From Harriotta raleighana (Eukaryota), in the NCBI GenBank assembly GCA_050575255.1, contig JBNZDD010013683.1:3155928-3219927 (forward strand): a DNA stretch of 64,000 bases, read 5' to 3'. The number at the start of each line of letters is the position of its first letter. Positions within the stretch are counted from its first letter, which is position 1. Position numbers and translations under genes: made by a program. Positions 52,089 through 64,000 of this stretch are shown here, piece after piece. The notes beneath the pieces were generated by a model. The model was not told where the DNA came from and did not search any database. It saw nothing but the letters and a program-made list of their open reading frames with translations.

Positions 52089-54109
52089 TATGGTGTAGCA
52101 CTGGCATCGTGTTAGTTATTTATCCCCATGAAAAAACAGGTGGAGTGTAAAAACGGTTACAAAATCGTTTCCCTCCCAAACAGCAATGCTCCTTTAAACA
52201 AAGCCCTATGGATGACTAGGCTGTGAAGTTTGCTGAGCTGTTGGAATATTCCTGAAGCATCTTGCATTTATTTTGTGCCCGCAGCTGAATTTACACTGCA
52301 GGAACAATAGCACATTAAACAGATTCTCATTGAAGTCCAATGCGGTTTATCAGTGGAGTGAATGTGGCTGGATGCACCTATGATTAGCCTGCAGCCAGTG
52401 ACATTCTCACAGAGGAGGGGACTTTGCAGTGTGAGAAGCACAGCCATGTCTGTGCTAAGAATCCAGCTTTGCTGTGTTTCTGTAACAATGAAACTCGCAG
52501 CCATAACTTTTTCACTGAAATTATGTTCCATCTAAATTAATTCAACTTACCACAAAATAAAAAACAAAAAGGCACTTAATTCCCAAATGAGGGCAAGAGT
52601 GCAGACAAAATGAGAAAAGGTTTCTCTTTATGCCCCCCAAAATGAGTCAAAGCTGATTTTATCTTGACATTTATAGAATCGGGATTCATCCAAAGTGACA
52701 GTTTTCAGCTCAGTAAGCCACATGACTTTTTTCTTGTTGTGTAAAAAAATATTCTCCTTACTTCCACATAAAACGTCTGAGTGTTAATGATTTCCAGAGG
52801 AGGTTTTATACACCATTATTTTTCAAGTGATTGATTTGGTTTTGAAATTGAAACAATTCCTGCCGAATCTCAGGATCCAAATTCTAGATTGAAGGGAGTC
52901 CAGGGATCTGATTCAGTTACTGGACGCGGTACAGAGCAAAAAGAGAATTAGTCTGGATGCGGCATTGGAAAATCGTCTTGAGTAAGCATATTGTCCCATA
53001 ATTGAATATGTAAGACTGGTGACAAAACCAGAGGGAACAGGAACGCTCAAGAATTATGACTGGCAAGCAATATCTGCTCACTTTAAGAAAATACTGCAGT
53101 TTCAATTTTTTTAATTGCCTGAGTCTTCCAATGTGACCAACAAAATCTCTTTTCTGAGTTCATTGCTCTCCGCCCCCCACCTACTCACCCCCAGGCAGGA
53201 ACAAACATCAGACAGATTCAGTCTATAAGTCAACTAACGACATCATTTCCTGGGCAGAGACGTACATGGGTGCGACTTTTTTTTCCGCAGAGGGTGCTTG
53301 TGCTGTTCCAATTTATTCCGTGTATTGAACAGTGTCCCATCTCTGCCAGTGAGGGCTGCATTTCATAGAGAGAGTTTGAGGACTTAGATCTAATGGACGC
53401 AGGAAAAACGAAAGCTTAAAAAATATTAACCTGTCATGACCGAAGCTTTTAATAGAAGGTTTGTGTAAGAAAAAAAAACTCCCCAGTTCGATTTCATTCT
53501 GTTTTTCATGACTGCTTCAAAATTTGAAAAAAAAACACACTTCACAATTTTTTGGGTATATGTTGCTGTAATGAACAAAAAGGGGGCAAATTCCCTCGAG
53601 CTGAAGTGTTTACTCGTGTGATATTGCCAAAGCGCTTCGGTGAAATGAGACAAATACTGACCACTCTATTGATTATTAGGTTATCAATATTGGCAGCTTG
53701 CAATGGATGCCTCACCCATTTATAATCCAAAATATCATTACAATCAACTCTTTCGACTATTCGATAAAGGATGCCTGACCTTGCTCTGAAGATGGACGTT
53801 TCTTCATTAGTTTTATATCTCTTTAATGAGCACTGATTTATTTTTGGTTATTAATGATCCAAAGTGGTGTTTCACAACACCCCCATTCCTTTCTCTATCC
53901 TCCACCCCCCAACTTTGTGTTAAGTAATGCGACTCATTGAATCGATGAAACCAAGGAATTCAAGTCCATCATTGTAATTACATGCAATGTACTGTTGGAA
54001 GATGTGTAATCACTGCCTACTGTACTGTGTTTCATTCAGATATTTATACACATCAAGGACTTTGCAGCTGATACAGTCACCCACAGCGTTTGAGACTTAG
54101 ATCACTTAC

Positions 54110-54277
54110 CTTTCTGTCAGTTGGATAAAATGGAAGCTTGGAGCTGTTTTTAGTGAACAGTATTGTTCTATTCTCAGCAGCTTTGGGGGGAATGATGCTT
54201 GTATAAGGAGTCTGGTTCTTCAGAACTCCAGACACACATAGCTGTGCGACTTCCTTCAATGCCTTCAGTTGCGACTC
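54110..54277 (-). CDS. LUZP2: LUZP2 internal coding exon (168 bp, phase 0-0; probably exon 9)
   Basis: tgtctcag|ESQLKALKEVAQLCVSGVLKNQ...SKLPFYPTDRK|gtaagt, 56 aa. The N-terminal part matches recalled human ESQMKAMKETVQLCLTSVF and is in frame with the previous exon. Confidence 0.88.
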
Positions 54278-56989
54278 CTGAGACAATGAAGATCACACAC
54301 TGATTAAATCCCATCAAACCATTTAATCCAATTCCTTTGATTATTACCGCATGTATCACAGACTAGGGCATGAAGCGAAACATCTTGACAGTATCGCAGA
54401 GATACCAAAACAAAGGCAACCCAACACACGTCAGCTCCTTTAGAACCTTTGGTGACATGGAGAAAACCTTTTGATACAAACTGTACATTACAATGTGCAG
54501 AGGTTGACTTCAGTTTAAACAGTGGGAGGTTGATATTTATTGAGGAAAGTCACTGAACACCCTTGCACAAAGTGAAAGTGCTTAGTGATGATCACTTGTT
54601 CTTTAAATCCCATATCTGCTGCCAAAGGATTGAGGTGGGGTGTTTAAACAGTTCAATGCTATCAAAGAGATCAAAGGAAATGATATGATGGTATGCAATA
54701 GATGTGTTGGAAGTCAACCCAGTTGAGGACCACATTGCATTCACACCCAGGAGAAAAATCTCTATAGTTTTTCATTTGAAACTCTTGCATTTCATCCAGA
54801 TGTAGAAATGGGAATTCCTTTTGAAGACATTGGTACATTGTATTCTGCTTTTCTGTATATAAATGTTGAAGCGGATTCAATTTTGTTTTATTTTTCTTGT
54901 TCATTTTTGCATTAATATTTATTATTTGTCTGTGTACATTTGTATTTCAGTGTGATTTCAGTGTAATATTCCGAAGGTGGTGTGACTTCTTATTTGTATT
55001 TGTTTTCTCTCTCTTTCTTTCTCTCTCTGTGGACACACTAATATCTTCTGGCTTAGCCACAAATCAAAAATCATATCCATGGCTCCCATCACCTGCACCA
55101 AACTGCAACTCTATTACGGTTGCAGTTTTATCACAAACATTGGTTAGGTCTCCTGTGAATGAGAGTGAAACCAGCGGATTGAGGACCAGCAAGTCAGGAA
55201 AGAACAGATCAATTTCAAGTTGCAGATGCAATAAACAGCCAGCATTTGCACAGGATGAATGATTAGAGTTCTGATGATCAAGTATTGAATGCAAGGAAAT
55301 GCATCCATGGGCTATTCTTAAGGTAGTTAAACACTTGTGCTGGATAGGTAATAAATCTTAGGAACCAACTAAAATTTCTGCTGCTTTGATAGTTGCGGAT
55401 CTTTCTGGTAGAAGGAATGAATGATGCTTGTGGCCCTTTTGGTAGTGCCAAAGGTTAATTTGCTGGTTGGTATTTGATAGGGTCATGCTATGTTTTTGTT
55501 TCTCAACTGCTGTCTTACGGTTAATTAGATTATGATGAGAGAGATGACTTGATCATTAGATTGATAGTTGGAAAGCAGAGCCTGAGACAAGCTAAGTCAT
55601 TTGTTCGAAGGCTCTGCCAGAGTTGATATGTTGTTGCCATTTTTAAAATGGTTGTTTTTTTCTCTATCTTTTTGTTTTTAATGGACACAATGGAATGGTG
55701 AGGAGTATCTCTTAATTTAAATGCAATGCAACACACACACTTAATGACCAATCTTTGACCTGCGCCTTTCATCGCAGTTCAGTGAAAAAAACAGATGGAT
55801 GAATCCTTTTTGATTTTAAGAGGCAACACCATACTTTGTGGATTCTAACAGCTCATAGAAATGGGATGGGTGTGGATTATGTTTGACTGTTGTAAATCAA
55901 TTCCAGGCGATCCAATCTTTGCAATTATGCGTGGGAAGTAGTCACCAAATAGCTTGTTTTCTCTAGTGAAACAGAATGCGAGATGAGAGATGCTGCAAGC
56001 CCATTATTGTGTTGCTAACACTGCAAAAATTGCAGATGAAATTTAGAAGAAATAACACATTATTTTAAGTGTTTATACAACAGGTTGTACAATAAACCGG
56101 CTCTTTAGAAGTAGAATGGTAACACAGGGCAAATGCAGAGGGAGGCGACTCGGAGAAATTGATGTTGCAGCATCACTACCAGTGTGTGATTGATCAGTTG
56201 TTTGAAATGTATACAAGTCATGTTGGAGTCTTAATCCGGATGACTGATGTGATTTATACTCCCAGACAAAATGTCATTGTGCAGCAGCATCAGCAGCAAT
56301 CTGCCGTTCCTATGACAAATTGTAGATAAATGTCATCCGTGTATTATCTTTATTCTATTCACAATGGTTTACCTCCACTGTAGTGCTATGGCATGTTAAG
56401 GAGTCTTTCTGATTAATGGGATAGAAGTAGGGATATCAGAAGCAATGCTATTTGACTGGGAGTAGATGACTTTCCTTGTGTGTCTGCCTCAATGCCTGGT
56501 ATTTTGGTATAAGGTACAGTCAAAAACCACCTAAGAATCTATCAAATACTCCTGACACATCAGTAACGTCTCAATTACAAATGATTTCATCCAAATCCGA
56601 TTTTTTGAAATAACCTCCTCCCAACACACAAAAAATTAGGTGTCAACAATGATTCAAAAGGTAGGATTTATGCTAGAAGGTGAAAGAAAATTATTGGACT
56701 ACATTTGCTGCTTGGTAGATTTTCGACAGGGAGAGCAGCATACCTCTGTGCTTGTATACAACGACAGGCATGAACAACTCCCTACTGAACAGACTTTAGA
56801 TGTTTGTCATAGTCAGGGTCCAAGGTCAGAAACTTACACCAGATAAAATAAAGGGCGTTTTTCAAGACTGAAGAATATTTCTGCTCTCTTTCCCCCTGCC
56901 CGTTTATAGTACTAGTGTATATGCTGCAACCCTGCCTCATTGAAGCTGGGATTTTGTGCGACAGGTGAGACAAAAGATATATATAATAT

Positions 56990-57075
56990 ATAATAATCCT
57001 TGCATTTGACATCGCGCCTTGTCACATCTTCAAGATGTCTCAAAGCACGTCACAGAATATACTCACAAAATATAC
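56990..57075 (-). mobile_element. Young SINE 3' fragment in a LUZP2 intron
   Basis: taataatccttgcatttgacatcgcgcc...cacagaatatact. Confidence 0.8.
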
Positions 57076-57349
57076 AAAATCAGTCTGTGCTTTAAAACTA
57101 ATGATACTTTAAAATTGTAGCAAAATCCTTTTTTTTTTCCCCCCCGAAATCCTCTAAAATCTCTTTAACCTTAGATTTGTGTGGAGGGGGGGGGGCGGTG
57201 CCTTCGATTCAAGTAAATATGGTAAATTAAGTTATTGGACATCAGTTACAGCAGAAATGTCACACAGCGATGTCAAGGGAATAATAAAGTGCGTGGCTGT
57301 CAGAGTTTGAAAACTTGACTCAGTGCCCTCATTCATAAACTTTTGTCAC

Positions 57350-57424
57350 CTTATCTCCTGCTGTCTTTTCCAATTCCTGTTTCGCTGCTAACAGTTTGCG
57401 TTCCAGATCAGTCAATTGCTGTGC
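57350..57424 (-). CDS. LUZP2: LUZP2 internal coding exon (75 bp, phase 0-0; probably exon 8), coiled coil
   Basis: ttttttctctcccttccag|AQQLTDLERKLLAAKQELEKTAGDK|gtgac, inside ORF 57329..57652. Recalled human: AQQLTDLEQKLAVAKNELEKAALDR. Confidence 0.93.
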
Positions 57425-59617
57425 CTGGAAGGGAGAGAAAAAAATAGCTGCAATAAATTGCACTTCAGTATACCAGCAACAACATATACTATTCAATTCA
57501 GCACAGAGTAGTTCAAAGTCTGTCTGTCCATCACAGCTTGGTATAGTTTTCACACACTGATAATTGCACAATGCCAGCAAATCATTACATGGCTGTTGCT
57601 TACCGAATTTACTTGTGCTCCTTGTGATGTACAGATTGCATCTGATGAACATGATTGAATTTACAGTGCAGCCCCATTAGAAAGCAACATGGTTGAGTGT
57701 AGGTTCCCTTATAATGTGCATCGATGCTAACAATGGAAGCCCAGGGTTTAACATCAATGAACTGGCTTCCAACGCTAAACTATTTCCAACTTTCAAATTG
57801 TTTGGTAAGGCAATTTGCAAAGGCAGTGACATCAGTGGCATTTTTCCAATAGCACCCACTTTCAACATCATGCATCAAATCTTGATCATATTTTTGTAGC
57901 TGCAATTTAAACTTGTTATAAGGTAATACATGGTAATGAAAAAGGTGTTTGAATTGTGCTGCATGTCAAAAGATACAAGCTTGGAGTTGCTGATGATACC
58001 CAATGGTTTCAAAAACTGCCTGTGTACCACCGAGAATCCAGCACAGATTATCAGTGTGATGAAACCTTGTTCTCTCTACTGGTTGTAACTACTACCGCAT
58101 ATGGCGTAATTTTGTTCATTATCATCCCAATCCCCAGTGGACACGAGTTCACAGCGAAAAACCTAATGTGGTACTAATTGGTACTAAATTGGCAATATTC
58201 TGAGATTAGAATCCAGGGACATTGCCAGTGCAGACGGAGCAACTCTACTTCTGCTCGATTGATTATTATACAGTCTCGTCATCAGTTTAATAAAAACAAA
58301 GCATTGCCAGTTAATCCCCAGCCTCGAGCAAATGGAGGATCTTGTACACCATTGCATTCATCAGCAGAATAAAGATAAATGTTGCTGAATCCCTTGATAT
58401 ACGCTTCATTTTATTTTATATACGACATAAATACAGTACCTGGCTCAGGCTACACTTGACCCTGAGTGTCAAACAAATAATATTCCTTTCTCCAAGACAT
58501 TCTCCAATAGGCCTCTCACGTTTATGAATCCTCCTACCTATCTCACCCGGCGGGTGGCAAACAATCCTGCAAATTTGTATTATGGATAATATGTAGTAAT
58601 TATAAAATGATATGTTTGTGCAAATGTCCTGTGTTGGTCCCAATATGCTAATGCCAATAGGGAGACAAAAAAGAACAGAAAATAATTGGACACACACTAA
58701 AGATTTTTAAATGGAAACGTAGAACTGCAGCAAATTATTCTCTGGTGCTTGTTCTCTCCAAAGCTTATCTTTAACCTTTCCCCAGGAGACTGTTTTTCCT
58801 GAAACCTGGGAAGTGTCACTGTGCACATTTGAGATGAGCTACCTTTTAGACTTCAGGAGGTGACAATTTGGGCTGTGGGAGGTTGGAGATGGAACTGAAT
58901 GTGTTTTATGAGAGAACCATTAATTTTTAAGCTGTTGCTATTTAACTCTAAATCGAGACACATCACCAAAGTACAAATGCATGCTTTGAATGCTGAGTCT
59001 TTATTTCACTTTGGGGGGCTTGGTGGGGGTGGGGGGGGAGGGTGTGGGAGAGGCGTATTTGATTTCTCTCCTCTCTAAAAAGAAAATACAGTGTGAATGT
59101 CTGAATCACATTTTCTACAAATAGTGTCTCCCTAGTTGGAATAATGGAATGAAACCTGCAGAGTATCATTGCAGCATTTCTAAGTGTGAATACTACATCT
59201 CCAAAGAAGAAATGCCCCAAATATTCTACTGTATTTACTCTCATCATGAGGGGTCATTTTACAATGAATGACCGGTCTCATTATTTCACAGGTAGTGGAG
59301 TCGAAAGCTTTACAGGCTCCATACTGCGTTCCTGTGAGTAATCATAACTAGACGTGAACTCCAATTCTAGGTAGTGGCAAAACAGAGACTGTAAAATAAT
59401 GTTTGTGTACAATTGCTCGTCGAATGCAACAGGTTCTGCTCATAGATTGCACTCACTTCACCCATCCTCTCGATCAGGGTGCATTTCAACATCTGGATTG
59501 TGGTTTAAGTCATTTTTCCCACCCCCACCCCCAGCCCGAGTGCCCAGCCAGCACTTTAAGTGCTTTGAGACATCGTCATGATGTAAAATGCTCTGAATAA
59601 ATGTAAATTGTGCAAGT

Positions 59618-59926
59618 ATAATAATAATCCTTGCATTTGAATAGCGCTTTTCACGTCTTCCAGATGCCTCAAAGCTCTTCACGGAATAGGCTTGAAAGTG
59701 AATTGACTGTATATTTGTGGCCGAAACATGGCAGCCAATTGCATACAACGCCGCGTCCCACAAACAGTCATGTATTGAAATTATGAATTTATTATAATTT
59801 TTTTTGAAGGATGATTATTGGGCGTGTAGTGTAAGGAAACTTGCCCAAGGTTTCGCCCTGCCTGGAATTCAATCCAGGTCTCTCTCTTGCAAGGTGAGTG
59901 CTCTAACCACTGTGCTACAGAACTCC
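59618..59926 (-). mobile_element. Young tRNA-derived SINE, full length, in a LUZP2 intron
   Basis: Tail, body and head all present; an older + strand tail abuts it at ~59550-59615. Confidence 0.9.
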
Positions 59927-61519
59927 ACAGTACAGAACTCAATTAAGGTGTAATATGCACTTGGAAAGTTGAGCTAAAGAGTCATTTTTCCACATTTGAT
60001 TTAATATTGGCTCATGATTGGTGCACTGAAGAAAATATTAGGAAAATTTCTTCCACGGGGAATTTAATAGCGAGCGTTGTCAAAATGTACAATTAGTAAT
60101 AATTTAGTGATTACACAATCCACAAAATTGACCAAGTTTCATATCTGCATATCGGCAGTATTACAGTCAGGGTTAGAACAAGCCAATTTAAAAGTCGAAA
60201 TGACTTTGGATGTCAGCTGATTTAGTGCTAAAAATAATTAAAACATCTTAAGACAAAAGAGCACAATGCCTTATCTTAATCCATTTGCTAATTCATTATT
60301 ATCTGCAGGATTAATGGGGCACAACTTCCTATTTCTCCTAAAATAATGTTTGATCATTTCTGTCATCTGTTACATCTTAAGGGCAAGAAATGGTGAATTT
60401 CTAAGTGCCTCCTGAATTACTCTTTGTTTAATCCAAATTGAATTAAACAGAAAAGGTTAAATTATAACCTTTATAGCCTATGGGCACCACTTGGCCAAAA
60501 TTAGGCAGAAATTCACTCTGATATCACATACATGCCTCTGACCATGTCAGATATTTTACCCTAAACGTATCGAAAAGTTGATATGCTTTTAAACCCCTTC
60601 TTATATGATATTTTTCTCAAGTATCTGTTGTTTCTGAGACAGATGCTTTTCAGGAAACTTTGGCTCAGAGTAGCAGCAACAAGTAAATGGCTCGGGGGAA
60701 GGGAGCACTTGTCAACACAATGTTTTAGGATGATCTATGTCAAAAATGGTTTTGGGGGATACAACAGGCATTTGAGATTAGATTGCACAGCACTAGAGAA
60801 GATGCTAACATCAACATTGTCCCAATACGTCAAATGGTCCTGGCTGCACTGGAATTTCTATGAATCACCTTTCTAATCCTTGCCACAAATTGCCTCTGCC
60901 TGGCAGATTCATATACTGGGTGCAGTGGACAAACTTTGCGACAGATCTGATGGACGTTTGATAGAAAATCAGCTCAACTGTGTTTTGTGGTGCCACAGAG
61001 GAAGTACCGACATGTCAGTGAAAATGTATCACTGACAAAATCAAACAAGGTTTTCTCATCAGTCGTGTGACATTAAGATGCTCACCGACGTGAAAAGACA
61101 GAATGCAAATTCTAATATATTTTATAAATTTGGTCATGAATTTCACGCTGAATCAGCCGCCTGTGAAATTAAAAGAAAATAGAAGCTTTGGAGTCTCGCA
61201 ATTCCAGCATTTATCTTGTTTGTTTCTATACGAAATATAAATCAAGGAACTAGTCAATTGCAGCCCAAACATTTAATGTTCTTGAGCAAGACACACCACG
61301 TTATGGGGTGTGGTATTCTGTGGTTGTGGAATACGTAGTTATTTAGTTAAAAACTTCTGTGGTGAAATAGAGACTGGTGTTGATTTTGGGAATCAAAGAT
61401 CATTTCATTTCCCCTGCAGTTTAGCTCGATTTCCTCCCTGATGTTTGAAGAGGAGTAATCCACCAATCACTTCTGTTTCACTTAAATTCTAGTCTATGAT
61501 CCCTGCCCAACAGACCCTC

Positions 61520-61705
61520 GGATAAAATTTGGTCATTCATTTCATGGCTGTTTGTGAGACATAGCTGTGCGCAAATTGGTTGTCGTATTTGCCTGAAAAC
61601 TAGTCACTCCAGTGCACAGTAAATCCTGTGCTACGCTCTCAGATATCCTGCTGATGGGATGAAGCACTCTCGTCAAATGCAAGAATTATTGATATCATTA
61701 TTATG
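61520..61705 (+). mobile_element. Older SINE 3' half (Deu-type tail)
   Basis: tttcatggctgtttgtgagacatagctgtgcgcaaattggttg...tcaaatgcaagaattatt. Confidence 0.65.
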
Positions 61706-62034
61706 ATCAACTAGTGTGCTTTCCAGAGGTAAAATGTTCATCCCTTTACATCAACTGTCTCAATTTATATATGGGGTTTCCGATACTTATATACATTTTG
61801 TATTTTCTACCTTTCTAAATTTCAGTATGTGCAGTCACTTCACCCAAGAGGTGGTTCATGCTCTCTCAGATTTGTTGCACTCAGGCTGAAACTTTAAAAA
61901 GTCTCTCTTTATAATGTCTTTGTCACTGAAACATTTATAGCCTATTCACTCTTCATATCATTCATATCAAGAAGATTACTCCTCTTCAAACATCAGGGAC
62001 TGTACATAACTCTCAGTTTAATATTTACTATTTT

Positions 62035-62210
62035 AATAGTAATAATGCTTGCATTTGATATAGCGTTTTTCACATCTTCTAGGTGTCTCATAGCGCTTCA
62101 CGGAATATACTGTAAAGTGAATTGACTGCATATTTTTGGGCGAAACATGGCAGTCAGTTGCACACAGCAGTGTCCCAAAAACAATTGTGGATTGAAAATG
62201 ACCAATTTTG
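62035..62210 (-). mobile_element. Young SINE 3' half
   Basis: gcttgcatttgatatagcgtttttcacatc...cagcagtgtcccaaaaacaattgtggattgaaa. Confidence 0.85.
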
Positions 62211-62482
62211 ATGCCTCCTAATAAGTTAATTGGATTTATTGCAAAGTACAACACCAACGTACCCAAGATTTGACCAAATTAATTGGGGTTTTTATAAGTA
62301 ATGGCTGTATTTAAAATAAAAGCTCTGTCGAAAATCATCAGCTTGGCAAGCTGAACTCCTCCAGAAATGCCTGCCAGTTGATTTCATTATGATCAGTAGC
62401 AGTTTCCTGCTATAACTCATAAGAATTCGTCCAGATTCCTGGAAAAGCATTGAATCTAGCAGACACTGCGGCATTTCAGTGC

Positions 62483-62485
<3 letters not shown>

Positions 62486-62516
<31 letters not shown>
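62486..62516. repeat. (TG)n microsatellite, about 80 bp downstream of a LUZP2 donor site
   Basis: Direct reading. Confidence 0.95.
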
Positions 62517-62519
<3 letters not shown>

Positions 62520-62595
62520 GAAAAATGAAAAGTCTTATCATGGTCTTGCACATTACCTATGCAAATTGTGCCTCCTGAAATAATCATAGTCTCAC

Positions 62596-62658
62596 CTTAA
62601 ATATCAAATCCTTTTTCCCGTAGCGTAGCTCCTTAAGCTGTGACTGGATTTTTTTGGA
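62596..62658 (-). CDS. LUZP2: LUZP2 internal coding exon (63 bp, phase 0-0; probably exon 7)
   Basis: cag|SKKIQSQLKELRYGKKDLIFK|gtgag with a pyrimidine-rich acceptor. Matches recalled human SKKIQAQLKELRYGKKDLLFK. Confidence 0.94.
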
Positions 62659-62769
62659 CTGCACAAGGAAGATAAGAAGGAATAGAAGGTATCAGAACTC
62701 ATTAAAATGCCAAACGATATTTTGAAACTATTCAAGTGTATCCAAAAAATTGTCTTAAACTAACCGTAC

Positions 62770-62832
62770 CTCTTCTGCGTGAATCCCGCATTGCTTGTTT
62801 CCGGATAGAAGTTTGTTTTTCAGGCTTTTATT
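62770..62832 (-). CDS. LUZP2: LUZP2 internal coding exon (63 bp, phase 0-0; probably exon 6 in human numbering)
   Basis: Minus strand reads cag|NKSLKNKLLSGNKQCGIHAEE|gtacgg, with AG at 62834-62833 and GT at 62769-62768. Near-identical to recalled human LUZP2 NKSLKNKLLSGNKLCGIHAEE. Not in the ORF track; found by manual reading. Confidence 0.93.
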
Positions 62833-63658
62833 CTGCGCAAGAGAATTATTTCATTATGTAAAACAATTTGAATTGTTAAAATATGCAAAGGGCAAATATT
62901 TCAACATCACTTTGCTTAGTGTTGTTCTGTTGCAAGTTAGACAGCGAGTGATAGCCATTTGCTGAAGATATTGCTTAAAGTGTCTGCTTGAATTTAATTA
63001 TGGTTACATTAATAAACATTTGACTTTCTGACTTGCCCAGAGGCATCAACTATGTCCAATATTGTCATTTGAGACTCTTTCATATTTCTAGATGCATCGT
63101 GTCCTCATCTCAATTAATGGGTCAACAATTCTGAAAAGAGATTTCTTGATATCCCCCAATAAAGAAACGTTGACTTCTAAATGATCTTGATGTGGTTCTT
63201 CAATCAAATCTCTCACTCCTCTGAAAAATTAAACCAATTTGAGGAAACAAAAGAATTAGCTACTTCAAGAAACAGTGAAATGTGTTCATCTGGGAATCTC
63301 AATGAATTGATGGAAAGTCCATGTAAAATATAAAATTCTGGCTAGAATTTATATAGCTCCATTCATAAGGGCGGGCCTTTCGGAGTGAAGGAGATATTTT
63401 GATGTGCTTCTCAAAATATAATAGATTGGAATTGAGATGACTGTTGTAAAGATACACACAGAAGCTACTCAACTCTGTGCCCGCAATGTCCCCTATACAA
63501 TGATGAGGTGAGCATCCTCATCATTGTGGGGGGGAAATTTTTGGTTTAGAGTTGAACAGAAACCAGGGGAAGGACCCAGGTTTCTTTGAAATAGACCAGC
63601 CTCACAGTCCCCTTTACGACCATTTGAATCACAAAGTAGGTTTGGAACTAAAATTCCA

Positions 63659-63677
63659 AGAGAGAGAGAGAGAGAGA
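63659..63677. repeat. (AG)n microsatellite
   Basis: Direct reading. Confidence 0.9.
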
Positions 63678-64000
63678 AGCCTCACTTGCAGTCAGTGACA
63701 ACTCCCCCGAAAACCTGCAGGCTTTTTGCATGTGCCTATTGCTATATTGCTTTCGTGCAACATGTTCCTTTATGACAATGTCACTATGGTAACGAGGAGA
63801 CTGACTCCAGGAGAAATTTGCACACATATATATATCTGTATTTGTTTGCCTTGTAATTTGTTTAACCTCGCAATCCACCCTGAAGTCGTGGTCCTTCATG
63901 CTGGAATGACTTTGAAGGGCAAAATTGATAGTTTCTAAANATATCTGTATTTGTTTGCCTCGTAATTTGTTTAACCTCGCAATCCACCCTGAAGTCGTGG

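Noticed and set aside
55100-55128. 10-bp inverted repeat aaactgcaac/gttgcagttt as a terminator or structured RNA
   Set aside because: Short enough to occur by chance in 64 kb, and intrinsic terminators are not relevant in vertebrate nuclear DNA.
54897-55262. 121-aa + strand ORF with a hydrophobic N-terminus
   Set aside because: The hydrophobicity comes from T-rich low-complexity DNA; antisense within a LUZP2 intron, non-ATG start, and no AG after the pyrimidine tract.
63060-63230. Next upstream LUZP2 exon
   Set aside because: No frame resembles the expected KSKMIRDLQNE-type peptide; it looks more like a decayed CR1 fragment, so that exon probably lies beyond the window.
63497-63527. Intronic C/D-box snoRNA (ATGATGA on both strands)
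   Set aside because: No CTGA D box at a suitable distance on the host-gene strand; the motif is explained by the inverted repeat.

Overview
AT-rich eukaryotic (vertebrate) genomic DNA with no prokaryotic features. The repeats (Deu-domain SINEs, a young tRNA-headed SINE, L2 and CR1 LINE 3' ends) suggest a cartilaginous fish, plausibly the elephant shark Callorhinchus milii; this is inference only. The only confident protein-coding content is four minus-strand, phase-0, GT-AG exons of LUZP2 (62770-62832, 62596-62658, 57350-57424, 54110-54277). The gene's 5' part lies beyond the right edge and its divergent 3' exons are only tentatively placed (about 50.5-53.8 kb). Positions ~1-50 kb look like a gene desert with many retroposon fragments. 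The best structural find is a TA-flanked Tigger/pogo-like non-autonomous DNA element (21583-22780, 22-bp TIRs) whose internal palindrome is split by a CR1 insertion with a visible target-site duplication. Many apparent tandem duplications flank single 'n' bases or the N gap and are probably assembly artefacts. Nearly all listed ORFs are spurious. I see no evidence for a genuinely new biological system. Repeat boundaries are approximate (read by eye); family and homology calls rest on recalled consensus sequences, not searches.
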